Of a stretch of DNA of 64,000 nt, positions 28,351-40,769 are shown piece after piece. The DNA lies in contig NC_058368.1 of assembly GCF_018350175.1 (NCBI RefSeq), positions 228,720,001 to 228,784,000 on the forward strand, given 5' to 3'. The position numbers were made by a program, and so were the translations under genes. The stretch comes from Felis catus (Eukaryota). The notes under the pieces were generated by a model. The model searched no databases, was not told the origin of the DNA, and saw only the letters and a program-made list of their open reading frames with translations. How positions within the stretch are numbered: position 1 is the stretch's first letter; each line of letters opens with the position of its first letter.

Positions 28351-31300
28351 TTTATGAATTAAATCTATTAGCTAGTTTGTGTTATTTCTACTCTTTAGTG
28401 AAATTTAGCTTCTTGACCTGGACTTATAATAGACTTCGTTAGGGCTGAAAATAATGAAAAGATTACTTACATTAGAGAGTAGTCAAGTGTCCTTTATCCC
28501 AAGTTGTTACAAATATATGTGTAGGTAGCCGGAATGTGAAACCCCATCTTTATTGAAATCTCATCCATGCCATGTCATTTTCTTCCAATTTTCAAAAGTG
28601 GAGATTTCTTTTCAATTCTTATTTCAAAACAATTTTAGCATTTTGATTCTTTAGTAAAGGTGAATAGGGAAAAATACATACTTTGTACACCTGCATATAA
28701 TTTTATGGTTTAATCAATTCGAGAGAATATTGTGCTGGGTTGACAAATGCCTGATATTTTGACTTTTATCAGGAACACATTTTGCTCCTGGGGGGTTTCT
28801 TAATCATTAGTCTACATACTCCTAAATATTAAAGCCAGGGAGAAAATCTGCCATATTGAAGGCATAGATTTTTACTGAAAAATACATTTAAATAGTGTAT
28901 TTATGTCCTGAACGTACAATACTACTAACAGAAAATATGACAAAATTAAAACTGGAAAATTGTCACAAAATAAGTGTATAGTTTGGGTTTATAATATAAA
29001 GAGACAAATGAAAATAATGATAATGATGACAATAAAACGCAACAGCAACCTTGGTGAACTCATTCTTCAGAAAGCAAGTGTATACTTAAGTACATTTCAG
29101 AAACCCATCTTTTTCTCAGTTGAAAATTGAAGTAACTATTTTGCTGGGGGTTTTTTTGGAGAAAGTTTATTTCCAAACTATGGCATAGTCGGTAAAGAAT
29201 CAAACTCTTATAACTTCCTTTTTTTCCTGAGACATCATTACGGCAAGTAAATGGAGAATGCCAGTGATGTCTGGACTAAAGGCTACAGAGTGAAGTCTAG
29301 AATTTAGGAATTCTAATCTCTGATGAGTGATTGCTTTTATGATCGTAGACTTGTCACTTCTGTCTTTTTTATCTTTTATCCTCACAGTGAGCTATTCACA
29401 ATTCCAATCACACTTGCCTATTTCATTGTAGCACCAGAAGATTAATTGCTAAATGTCTGCCTAGAGCTCAGGGGAGGGAAAAAAAGCTAATAAAAAGAAG
29501 CTGCCAAAAATGTTGCACTGTCAATTTTTTAAAATATCAGAATATCTAGTAGGCTTTTCCACACATTTTCATCTGTCAAAATCTTACTCATTTTCCAAGG
29601 CTGTAGAAGATGTGACTTTACCTTTTTTTGGTGTGTGAACTTTTCCCTTGTCTTTAGTCAGAATAAATCAATATCTTCTCCTTAATATGCCCCAAAACTT
29701 TGTTTTCAACTTTTTTACATAACTGCTCACAGTCTTTTAGTCCCACAGTTGTATATGTGCCTGCATGTAAACACTTTCCTTCCATTTCAAATACCTTTCA
29801 AGGTGTGCTATTGAACACAAAAGAAATACCAAAACATTCTAGGTCACCTTTAGAAGAATTCCAGTTTTACTTATCGTTGTATAAATTCCATAACTGACTT
29901 AATTTAGGTTCTCTTATTATAACATTATCAAAGGTACATCTTTTACTTGAATGTACGCCAAAGTGGAGAGTGCTGGTTGAGGAAAACATCTGGCAGAACA
30001 CAAAGAAACAAAAACAAGGGAGGAACAGAAGCAAACTGCACTTCTGATTGAGCTCACAAAGATGGCCTTTTGTAGACATTACCTGGGGAGTGATGATCTT
30101 CTACCAAATCCATTCTTTATTTCACTACTGATCCTAGGAGGATTGAGTTTAGCAATAGGAAAATTAAACTTTTAGAATATAAATGTAAGCATGTATAAAT
30201 GACTGTTCAAAGTAATACCCAGAACTTACTCTGCACTGTTATTATAAAAATACTTTATGAAACAGATAGTATTTATCCTCCCTAATGCTAAGATTTATTG
30301 CCCCACCAAATCTCTGCTTGAGACTGTGGACATTCTTTTTCTCCAAATAAGTCTTTTCCAAATCTACATAAACCTTTTACCTTTTTCAGGGATCTTTCCT
30401 GATTTAGTAAGAGATTAGTGAATGTTGGATGGTGATAGGAATGCCATTTGTATTAAAGTGTAGGTTTCCTTCATTACTCCTTTAGGATAAAAAGACTCTA
30501 GTAGAGAACTTAATAACTATCTAAAGTGTATCTTTTAAATACCCAGATTTAGATATCAGCTTTTTCAATGTCATATCTTTTGTTCAACATCAATGTCATA
30601 ACATTGCAATTCATGCTAAATTAATAAGTTTATTCTGAACAAGAATAAAAGAAACTCAATGTAAGATGTAGATATTACATTAAATAATAACAGCACTCTG
30701 ATAGGACATTAAGAATGTGAAGGTCAAATTAAAGAGCAAGGAAGGCATAAAATTAATATTCAAAGTTTTCATATACAATTATTGGTAGAGAATCCCTTCC
30801 CTCCATGGAGAAACACTGTGATGCATCAATCTTGCCCAATTTGCTTTGACTGATCACCTAGGTTGATATAATCAACTCTTTATTTGGAAGAAAAAGCAGC
30901 ATATAATAACTATGGAAAGTCATTTCTTCAAGAAGATAGAAACAGTTTAAGAGAATTTTATTCAGGCATGAGTTATTAACAGCCAAAATTAGATACATTT
31001 ATTAAATTCCATTAAGGCCAAGTAAAATATAATTATATATTGTATATTATCAATAACTAAAGTGGAAAATTTAATATAAATTATTATCAAATGAATGAAT
31101 AGTGGAATGTTTAGTATAGAAAAGTGATGCCATAAAATTTGATTTATATATTGGGAGGAAACATGCTAATTGTGTTATTGTTTGTTTATTTCATATAATA
31201 TCCTACAAGTAACATTCCTTATTTTACTTTGACAAAATTTTAAAGTGTTCATCATTGGAATTCATAAAACCCTATAAAGCATGAATTCTGGGTGACTTAG

Positions 31301-31416
31301 CTCATACTTATTTAAGTAAAGCAAATGGAAAATTTATCTTTAGTCATATAACTCAAGGAAAATTCCAGAGTCAGTAGACTTAGCTTTTTGTTTGTTTGTT
31401 TCATACAGATTCAATG

Positions 31417-31620
31417 TTTTTCTTTTTAATGTTTATTTATTTTGGAGAGGGGGAGAGCGCACATGTGCTCAGGAGAGGGGCAAATAGGAGGGGTCAAAAG
31501 ATCCTAAGTAGGCTCTTTGCTGACAGCAGAGAGCCCGATCAGGGCTCGAACTTGTGAACCCTGAGCTAATGACCTGAAACAAAGTTGGATGCTTAATTGA
31601 CTGAGCCATCCAGAGGCCCT
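31417..31620 (-). mobile_element. CanSINE (diverged)
   Basis: Reverse SINE with TSD TCAATG(T/C)TTTT. Confidence 0.85.
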
Positions 31621-33088
31621 CAATGCTTTTTATATTTATACAGTATTCTATCTTATAATTGGTAGATATATAGTCCTATTTGTTTCACATAGTATTCTAC
31701 CAGTGAATATTCCTTCTTTACTTTTGGTTTAAAAAACAGTTACATATAAAACACATATAACATTAATTTTGGCTAACTTATATTTGCCCTAATAAAGCAA
31801 ATGAAGAGTTAATGATTTTTCAAATAACTCAAGGAGAATCCTATAATTAATAGATAGTAAAGGTAACAATCTCTTATAAGTCTGTTTTCCCTGTTTGCTC
31901 TGCACTGATCATTCTTTTTTATTTTTGAAGCTAGCCAATTGACATTAAAAAAAAAGAATTGTTACTCATTCAGCAATTGTTTATTATTTTATGTAAATAA
32001 TAAAAACATTTACTCAAGAGCACAATCTGTTCTGGACTGTATGTGTGTATGTGGGAGGTGGGGTTTGACAGCCTTTTAAACACCTTATTGTATTCTTTAT
32101 CACACTTCTCTGCCTCTAAGGCACTCTTCCTTTTAGGCCTATCCTCACACCTCTTCATTTAGACAATTGGTGTGTTTGGGCATAAGCCCTGTCTTCAGTA
32201 TTTTCTCACCCACCCCATTCCTTCCTACATAGAATACGTACAACTGTGCTTTGGTACATTTTCTCCTACTGCTGCTGAGGCCATATTATTTCCAGAGTCA
32301 CCGCCCTCCTAGTATGTACAAGCTCCTAGATTACCAAATCTGTCTCCTTTCCTTGTAATTGATATATAATCGCTGCCCTTTCTCATGGGAATTCAACTTG
32401 TTTTTCTATCCTTATCCATAGTGAAGACAGGTGGCCAGTTCTCTGGCATTGTCAAAAAGTGACAGAATTGTGCAAAGATAAACAATGCAAGCACAGGGTA
32501 AATTTGATTTGCCACCATAGAAATCATATTTGTTTGTTTTTATAGTGTGTGTGTGTGTGTGTGTGTGTGCGCGTGCGCACCCATGGCGATGTTGGTAAAA
32601 TCTTACCCGAGAGTCACACAGCAGTATTATGTATTTACTAAATATACACATATTTGTGTGTATGTGTGTATCAAGAATGATCAGGGGAATAATATATTTT
32701 AGTAAATATAGAAATACAATAATCATAATGAAAAGAATTGTAACACAAATAAGTTTAAATTACTTTGAAATAAAATCACAGCAATTGTTTGCCAACATAT
32801 ATTCTCCAGAAATTAAGATGTTTGAAGGATATACCTAATGAAGTGAGTTTGTAAATACTGAGTTAAACAAATTACATGTAAGATATTCAGATGTCATTCA
32901 GCTGAATTTCTTCAAGCCTTTAGTATACTGATTAGTGTGACTGACTCTCTAAGGCAAGGCACAAAATTGTATATTTATAAAGTTTATTTGCTCATGGGAT
33001 CCTGTTCTCTGCAAAATATCCTATAGAATTTATGTCCCGTAATATAAATATTTTGGGGTTCTAGTTTAATTAATCAGTTTTAAGAGAT

Positions 33089-33090
33089 AG

Positions 33091-33131
<41 letters not shown>

Positions 33132-33352
33132 TTTTTTTGTTTGTTTTTTTTAGTTTATTTACTTATCTTGATAGTGAGAGTGAGAGAGCACCCAAAAGGG
33201 AAGGGGCAGATAGAGAATCCCAAGCAGGCTCTACACTGTCAGCCCAAAGCCAGATGCACAGCTCGAACTCATGAACCGTGAGATCATGACCTGAGCCAAA
33301 ACCAAGAGTTGGACACTTAACTGACTGAGTTAAGGGCCACCCAAGTGCCCCT
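33089..33352 (-). mobile_element. CanSINE with tail-associated (TG)n microsatellite
   Basis: (TG)n at 33095-33130 next to the T tail, flanking duplication AAGAGAT. Confidence 0.85.
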
Positions 33353-34169
33353 CAAGAGATTCTTGTTTAACTTCGGGACGTCATTATAAATGCTGGCTTT
33401 CATTTTTAAAAATGTGACCACTTTTTATGGCATAACTTCAGTACAGGAGTTGTGGCCTCCTCACCTTTAGTTTGTCTACTACTCTTGAAAAGAAAAATAA
33501 AGGAATACAATGGAAAGATAGGTTTTAAATATTGATTTGGAAGAACTAATTTTTTATTATAATGAATTAAGCTAAAATTATATACATACCAGCGATGGTT
33601 GAAATACTGGACAGAAAAGACACATCAAGGCCTGAATTTATAGCCAAAATATAGAGTAGAAAATTCACCATAAATCCTGCAATCTGACTTTGATCTCAAG
33701 CATATTGACCTCTCCTGTGTTTATGTGAGAGGTTTTTTTGTAAATCTGAGGAAAAGTCATTTTACTTTAAACATATATTCATGTAAAATTCACCTCATTG
33801 TCAATGTCTTCCTTATTCCATTTAAACACTATTTCCAGCTAAATAGTGACACAGGCAAATAACAGAAAGTAAGTCTTGAGACAAAGATGTTGCATGTGAA
33901 TATAAATGAACGTGTATAAAACAAGAAAAACTCTCAGAGTTTTGTAGGTGAGAGGGACATGAAGTAAGAGCTGGGATTTCAAACCAAAATAATTTTGCAA
34001 ATAATAAAAAAATAAAACTGGGGTAAATATATTTATGATAATTTGTTTTATTTTCAAAAATGATTTTACATTACTCCTAAGAAGGTTTTATTAATATTAA
34101 AGTCAAATTAATTTTATAAAATTCCATATTTATCCTAACTTACAATTCATTTATTTAAAAATTTTTAAA

Positions 34170-35047
34170 TTTTTCTTTTTTTAACGTTTATTTATTTTTG
34201 AGAGACAGAGAGACAGAGCATGAACGGGGGAGGGGCAGAGAGAGAGGGAGACACAGAATCCGAAACAGGCTCCAGGCTCTGAGCCATCAGCACAGAGCCC
34301 GACATGGGGCTCGAACTCACGAACCGCGAGATCGTGACCTGAGCCGAAGTCAGACGCTTAACCGACTGAGCCACCCAGACGTCCCTATTTAAAAACTTTT
34401 AAATGTGGGGGTGCCTGGGGGCACCTGGGTGGCTCAGTTGGTTAAGCGTCTGACTTCCACTCAGGTCATGATCTCACGGTTCATGGGTTCGAGCCCTGCA
34501 TCAGGATCTGACAGCTCAGAGCCTAGAGCCTGCTTTGGATTCTGTGTCTCCCTCTATCTCTGGCCCTTCCCCCCCCCTCTCTCTCTTTCAAAAATAAATA
34601 AACATTAAAAAAAATTTTAATGTTGGGGTGGCTGGGTGGCTCAGTTGGTTAAGCATCCGACTTTGGCTTAGGTCATGATCTCGCAGTTCATGAGCTCGGG
34701 TCCCACGTTGGGCTTTGTGCGGACAACTGGGAGCCTGGAGCCTGCTTTGGATTCTGTCTGTCGCTCTCTCTCTCTCTTTCTCTGCCCCTCCCCTGCTCAC
34801 ATTCTGTCTCTCATTGTGTCTCAAAAATAAATAAACATTAACTTTTTTTATTTTAATGTTTATTTATTTTTGGGAGAGAGAGCACAAGCTGAGGAAGGGC
34901 AGAGAGAGAAGGAGACACAGAATCTGAAGCAGGCTCCAGGTTGAGCTGTCAGCATAGAGCCTGATGCAGGACTTGAATTCACCAACTGTGAGATCATGAC
35001 CTGAGCCAAAGTCGAACGCTTAACTGACTGAGCCACCCAGGCGTACC
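34170..35047. mobile_element. Cluster of four CanSINEs (-,+,+,-)
   Basis: Approximately 34170-34386 (-), 34417-34615 (+), 34624-34842 (+) and 34843-35047 (-). Confidence 0.9.
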
Positions 35048-36173
35048 TCTATTTTATAGTTTTAAATACATGGTACTTATCTTGCAGACATAGGATGTTA
35101 TATATAACATCTTTCATTTCTTTGTCTTCATTAATAGTATCTCTTTAATAATACCAAAATGGCATTCATTCTGAGATATATTTCCATTAAATAGTGAGGA
35201 TATGTATTTATTTATCTGTAGTTGTAATTTGATTTTATTTGACTATTAATGAATTTTAATATTGATGAAATAGATTTCAGTATTGAAACTGTTGATACTG
35301 ATTGGTCCTCATAGAGACCTAACCAATAACCTTGGTCTTGCTAGAACAATGCTCTCTGTATTTAAATAATATTTATTTATTTAGTTAGTTAGTTATGATG
35401 CATTTATCCACCCACAATTGCTAAATACCTATGATATGCCAGTCAGTGAAGAGAGATAAGACTTTCTTTCAAATGTAGGTTGCTTTTGATTGGGTGTGAA
35501 AGTCTGTATTTATCAATAAATAAAAAATGAAATATAAAGTATGACTCAGTAAAGAATGAAAGCAAGGCGATGGACTAAAGATTGACCAAGTGGCCACTTC
35601 AGACCGAGAGGTCTGGTAAGCACCTCTGAGGAAATGATTCATTCAAATGCAAGAAGATGTTAGCCCAACAGGGCCAGGTTGGCTGGGGGAAAATGCCTTA
35701 GGGGCAGAGGGAAGAGGTAAGGAAGGATTGAGTTTATACCTTTTAAAAATAACAAAAAGACCCATTTACTCTTAAAGCTGTAGGTTGGGGGAGAATAATA
35801 AGGGGTAAGATTGGAGAGGTAGCTGGGACCAACTTAGATAAAGATTGATAGGTTCAGTGTAAATGTTTAGAAATTATTCTGAGTCCTATGGGAAACTGCT
35901 GTGTATATTTACTCAGAAGTGGCGTGGCTTGGTTGTATCAATTCTATAACATTATTCAAAGATAAAAAGTCACTGAGTTTGATTTTCATCATAATATCCC
36001 AATAGGTATTTATTCGAATAACCTTTAGTATCTTTGGATATTTTCTCCTCTACTTAAGAATTACAGTGATAATCTATGTGTATATACCATTTTATATTTC
36101 ATAGATATTTTCACATATATTTGCTGTGAAAATCTTCATAATATCCTTACACAGTTTGTTTAGAGGTAATAAA

Positions 36174-36787
36174 TGATAAGGTTGCATAATGCAAGCTGAC
36201 AGGGGCAGACACCTGAACCTCCCCCCTTACCCCCTCCCCCCCCAGTGGGATAGGTGTGATATTCCTTGGCTGCCAAAGGACAAAGCAAAGGGGAAAAACA
36301 AATAGTTAACTGATAGAGATCACAGTCCTGCAGGACCTAAGTCTCCATCACCCTTCCTTAGTGACATGGGAAACAAAGGCAGAGGAAAATGGCAGCTAGA
36401 ACTCAATTTCCTTATAACCTGCAGCCCATTGACAAATGCTTGAGGCAGAGTAAAACCTTTCTCCAGGATCTCCCTACTGTCTTAATGCTAATGCTTTGCT
36501 GGAGGGAAAAACAACCCTAGCTTGACTATAGCTAGGCCTCCACTATCCCGTGAGTCTTTAGCATATGAACATCTCACTGGAAACTTCCTCTGGACCTTCC
36601 CCAACCCCATAGTATATAACCAGTGTCTCTTCCCATGGTCCCAGGGCTGCTCTTCCTGCCCACAAGTCATGCTCCTGTGCTCTAATAAAATCACCACTTT
36701 GCACCAAAGATGTCTTCAAGAATTCTTTCTTGGCCATCGGCTCAGGACCCCATAAATCCCATTGTCACCCCCCAAAAAACCTCATTA
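36174..36787 (+). mobile_element. Solo ERV LTR
   Basis: TGATAAG start, TATATAA at about 36613, AATAAA at 36684, candidate 5-bp TSD ATAAA on both sides. Terminal CA apparently mutated to TA. Confidence 0.7.
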
Positions 36788-37009
36788 ATAAATATGGCAC
36801 TGTTTGACAGTGGGACTCTGGGACCAAATTAACATCTAAGTTCTACCACTTAATAACTATGTGACCTCGGACAAATTACTTAACATCTCTGCGTTTCTTA
36901 TGCTTCATCCATATAAAACTCATTTTTTTGAGTACTCAGTGAGTTAATTTACTGACAGACCCCTAGGAGTGTGCTTTGTACCTTTTAATCATATTAGCTA
37001 TTACAAAAA

Positions 37010-37487
37010 TATTTTAAAATAAGTATTTTTGTGAGAGAGAGAGAGAGCAGGGGAGGGGTAGAGAGACAGGGTGATAGAGAATCTGAAGCAGGCTCCTAGC
37101 GCCCGATGCGATCTCACGAACCATGAGATCAGGACCTGAGCTAAAGTTGGAGGCTTAACCTGTTGGGAAAATGAATAAAGTTTTACACCATAAGACGGAC
37201 AATGGGACTAAAACAAGCTCTGGTCCCTAGCTTAGAGACGCTTCTTCCTGGTTCTTCTTGCCCTGTTTGAGGCACCTGCAAATACCCACCACAGATATGG
37301 AAGCTGACAACTATAAATTACTTTCCCCCCCTTCATTTGGGGCTCAGATCTTTGGAGAAACGGTCTCCTCTGAGCCACCGGTGTTAAATAAATGTCCACT
37401 CCACGAAGATCTCCAAGTGCTGCTTGGTTTTTCCACCAGCGTTCCAGCCTGGTTCCATAACAAACTGACTGAGCCATCCAAGTGCCC
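37010..37487 (-). mobile_element. CanSINE interrupted by a solo LTR
   Basis: (GA)n, AATCTGAAGCAGGCTCC, GAACCATGAGATC, resuming at ACTGAGCCATCCAAGTGCCC. Confidence 0.8.
37161..37462 (+). mobile_element. Short solo LTR (302 bp) inserted in a CanSINE
   Basis: TGTTGGGAA...TTCCATAACA, TATAAA at about 37312, AATAAA at 37387. Flanks AACC/AACT split the SINE motif GCTTAACC-GACTGAGCC. Confidence 0.8.
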
Positions 37488-40097
37488 TCATATTATTATT
37501 TTTATACCATACTATTTTTATACCATACCTTCACATGGTATTATGAGTTTAGTGACATCCCTAAAATATGTTTCTAACAGGGTAACTGTGGTTCCTGGTC
37601 AATAAATTTGGTTACTTCCTTTTCCCTGTTTAAATGGCAAAGCTATATTTAGAGAAATGTAATGAATTCCCAAACTTTGTCTCAGGAACAAATAAGAGGT
37701 AAATTCACCCAGCACTTTAAATTTGACTTTTTTGGTTCCCTCAGCTGACAGGGAACTCTGCAATGTCAGTACTTAGTCGTGCATTAGTACAGAAATAGAT
37801 CTCAGCTTTGAGATAATGACCAAGCTGAATAAATTAGACTGCAATAGATTTTATTTTCTATTAACATTTGTTGTTATTTTAGGATTTTCCCATTTCTTAG
37901 GCTATTCACAGTGTGAAAAGGAAAATACACTGAAAAAAAATGTCTCCTGATTATTGCATCTACCTTTATTAGCAGGTACACAAATATTTAATTACCAGCC
38001 AGGCTCCAGGGTGTTCTAACATAAGACTGTCTCAAGTCATCAACATATCCTTACTGCATAAATACAAGTAGTTTTCTTTTTTTTTCTTTTTGTAATATTT
38101 AGCAGTACCTGGATTTCTGCAGGACATTTAATTTTGCTTTCAAGTTAAATAAGGAGCTGAGTTTTAATAAATGAAATCAACTTTCCCCCCTAATTTAATC
38201 ATGCTATTTATTTATGGCAATAGCATTTAGAGAAAATGAAGAAACCATGGGCCTGGTAATCATGGGATATTAATTTGGGGATATTACAAAGAACATGCCT
38301 CTGGGTGTATCTGAACATACACTCCCCGGTTCTCCTGTAATAGCGCTTCAGGAAGTCGATATTATATTATAATTTATTTCCTTATACTCACACTGTACGT
38401 GCTCTGCCTGTTTACTCTCAGAACCAGTTTTCTCTCTTAACCAACTATTTTCTTGGCAACTAGCCAATGATAGGCACTGGGGGGGGGCGGATCTAGAGTC
38501 AGAAGAAGGGAGAAGAAGCACCTCTTTTTCTGCTGCAGGGCGTATTTTTAAATGTAACTGGATCGCATCTGTGGTTCTTCCCTCCAGTAGCTCTGGATCC
38601 AAGCTTTGCAGAATGTCACCTCCTCCCTAAGGCTTCATGGCACTGCCGATTACTACATTGCCTCACCATTTCCAGGCTTGACTCTTACCCCTCTCCGTAC
38701 TTCCAGCTTTTTGAGTCCTTAGAAACTATTTCATTCCATTGAAATGTTTGGCTCTGGCTCTGCTTTTTGTTTTGTTTTGTTTTTTCTGACTGATACAGTG
38801 ACTAGTCCCCTAGAATTAATATTGCGTGGGTACCATCTTTGCCTTCGTCGTGATACAAACCTGAAACCCTATTGGTTTGGAGTATTTATAATTCAAACAA
38901 AAAAATGTACTAAACCTATTATTCAAGAAAAATTTCACAGTGTAAATGCACACCACAAAATTATCAAGTTGAAATAAGCATAAAAATGCCTGAGCACTTA
39001 AGGAAGGCTGGAAATTAGTTTCCTTACTTTGTTCTGCAAGAATCTAAGCCTACTTAAATTTGCATTGTTTTTAAAATTGCGATTGTTGTTTTAACTGGTT
39101 TCTTTGAAGTGTTTCATCCGGCATTCTTTAGCAGACAAAGGATGTTGAATTCAGTGTCCTCAGGAGAGTAAAAATATGTCTGTTGAATATGAAGGAAAAG
39201 GATTACCTTCTAGAAAATCAATGCAATATGAATCTCTTTCTTATAGAGACAAACAACCCATGTATCAATGAATTATGGGCCTGTTATTCATCTCAGGGCT
39301 TTAGAATTGATGACCATGAAAAGAACCCCTAACCTAAGCCTTCAGGAGAGGTTAAACTACAGTCACTTATTCTAATCAATAAGTTAGGAAGTTATGCAAA
39401 AAAATCTTTAAATTATAGTACAAAATGCTTTGATGCTAAAATAACCTTTCAGTTTTTCAGAAACTCATCTGACAAATATGTTTTCTTAGAAAAAAAATAA
39501 TAGCTTGCATTTATTATATTATGGAGTGGATAATGTTATGAGCATAGCAATACATTTTAGACATCTCAACATCCCTAAAAGGTAAGCACAATTATTATTC
39601 ACGTTACTGATGAGAAACTGAGGCTCACAGTTAAGTGGCTTGCTCAAATTCACTTAGCTTACCCCAGAGACCATGCTTTTAACTTATCCAGAGTGTTCCT
39701 TCTCAATGTCCTGGTAAGTTGTTTAGAGGCACAGCTAAAGCTGGACAAACTCAGCCCATGCTAAATACCAGAAAAGAAAGTGTAACTAATACCAAATTAG
39801 TTCAAGACTAATTTAGGGGTAACCTCTAACCTCTAGTGCCTTTATTTTCATGAATAAAATCTTAGCATGTGTAATTGGCTCCATTGTCAATGGTTTGCCT
39901 GTTTATTCCTACATATAAATGAGTACCAGATTCACTGAGAGTAATTTTTCCTATAGTTTCCCCACCATCTCCTTTCATTTATGGGATCTGTTGGCTTTAT
40001 GTGTTTAAAATGCCTGTGGAAAGCCAAGAAGTCTATAGTTTGACTTGTTATATATTGTCCAGATTTAGAATGAGTGCCGTGTTCTTTGAGTTCCTTG

Positions 40098-40647
40098 TGT
40101 TAGGAGCCAAGCTCCTAGGCCCTATGGAATGAGAGTTGGCGCAAAGAACCACTCGGCACTCCGATTTCGGCAGAGAGTCTTTACTGGTGCACCAGGGCTC
40201 CCCAGTGTTAGAAAGCGGGAGAGCCCCGATATACGGGGTTACAGGTCTTTTATACCATTTTGAGTTACATTTGCATACAGGCTGGTGGTAGGCTCTCTGC
40301 TCGGTGGTGGTTAGGGTTGGGGGTAATTTCGTCCTGGGAAAGCTTGGGAAATGGAGTTTCTCTCGGCAGATGCAACTTGGAGCCCGGGTGCGAAGCGGCA
40401 GGGGACCTCCGGTTTGGGAGCGTAAGCAGGTTTACAGAAGCGAGATGAAAGCGGTCATCGTTATTTATGTGACAACCTGTTCCTGTCTTGCGTAGGGAAA
40501 GGTGGGGGTACAGCTCTCCCAGGGTACGGATGTCTAACTGCAGATATCCTGTTTGTCAACTGGTGGAAGTGCAAGCCCTGCAAGTGAGGCGTTACGGAAC
40601 TGAAGATAGGGTGGGGGTGTGTTATTAAGCTAAGCAGGGGTCTTTCA
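40098..40647 (-). repeat. 3' LTR of the young provirus (550 bp)
   Basis: Direct repeat of 47453-48002 with no difference found by eye. Preceded on the minus strand by the polypurine tract. Confidence 0.97.
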
Positions 40648-40665
40648 TTCCCCCATTTTCTTTTG
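40648..40665 (-). promoter_or_regulatory. Polypurine tract of the young provirus
   Basis: Minus strand AAAAGAAAATGGGGGAA directly before TGAAAGA of the 3' LTR. Confidence 0.9.
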
Positions 40666-40682
40666 GCGTCGAATGAAACCTT

Positions 40683-40769
40683 TCATTCGATTGTATCTGG
40701 CCTTTCTGCGTCAAATTGTCTTAGTTGGTGGTACTGTTGAGTTAGGACCAAGGCCTGGATGACAGAGAG
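40683..40769 (-). pseudogene. Orphaned out-of-frame Env cytoplasmic tail / R peptide
   Basis: An alternative frame reads LSVIQALVLTQQYHQLRQFDAERPDTIE*, homologous to the MLV/FeLV TM tail (QAL/VLT cleavage site, YHQL motif). Confidence 0.9.
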
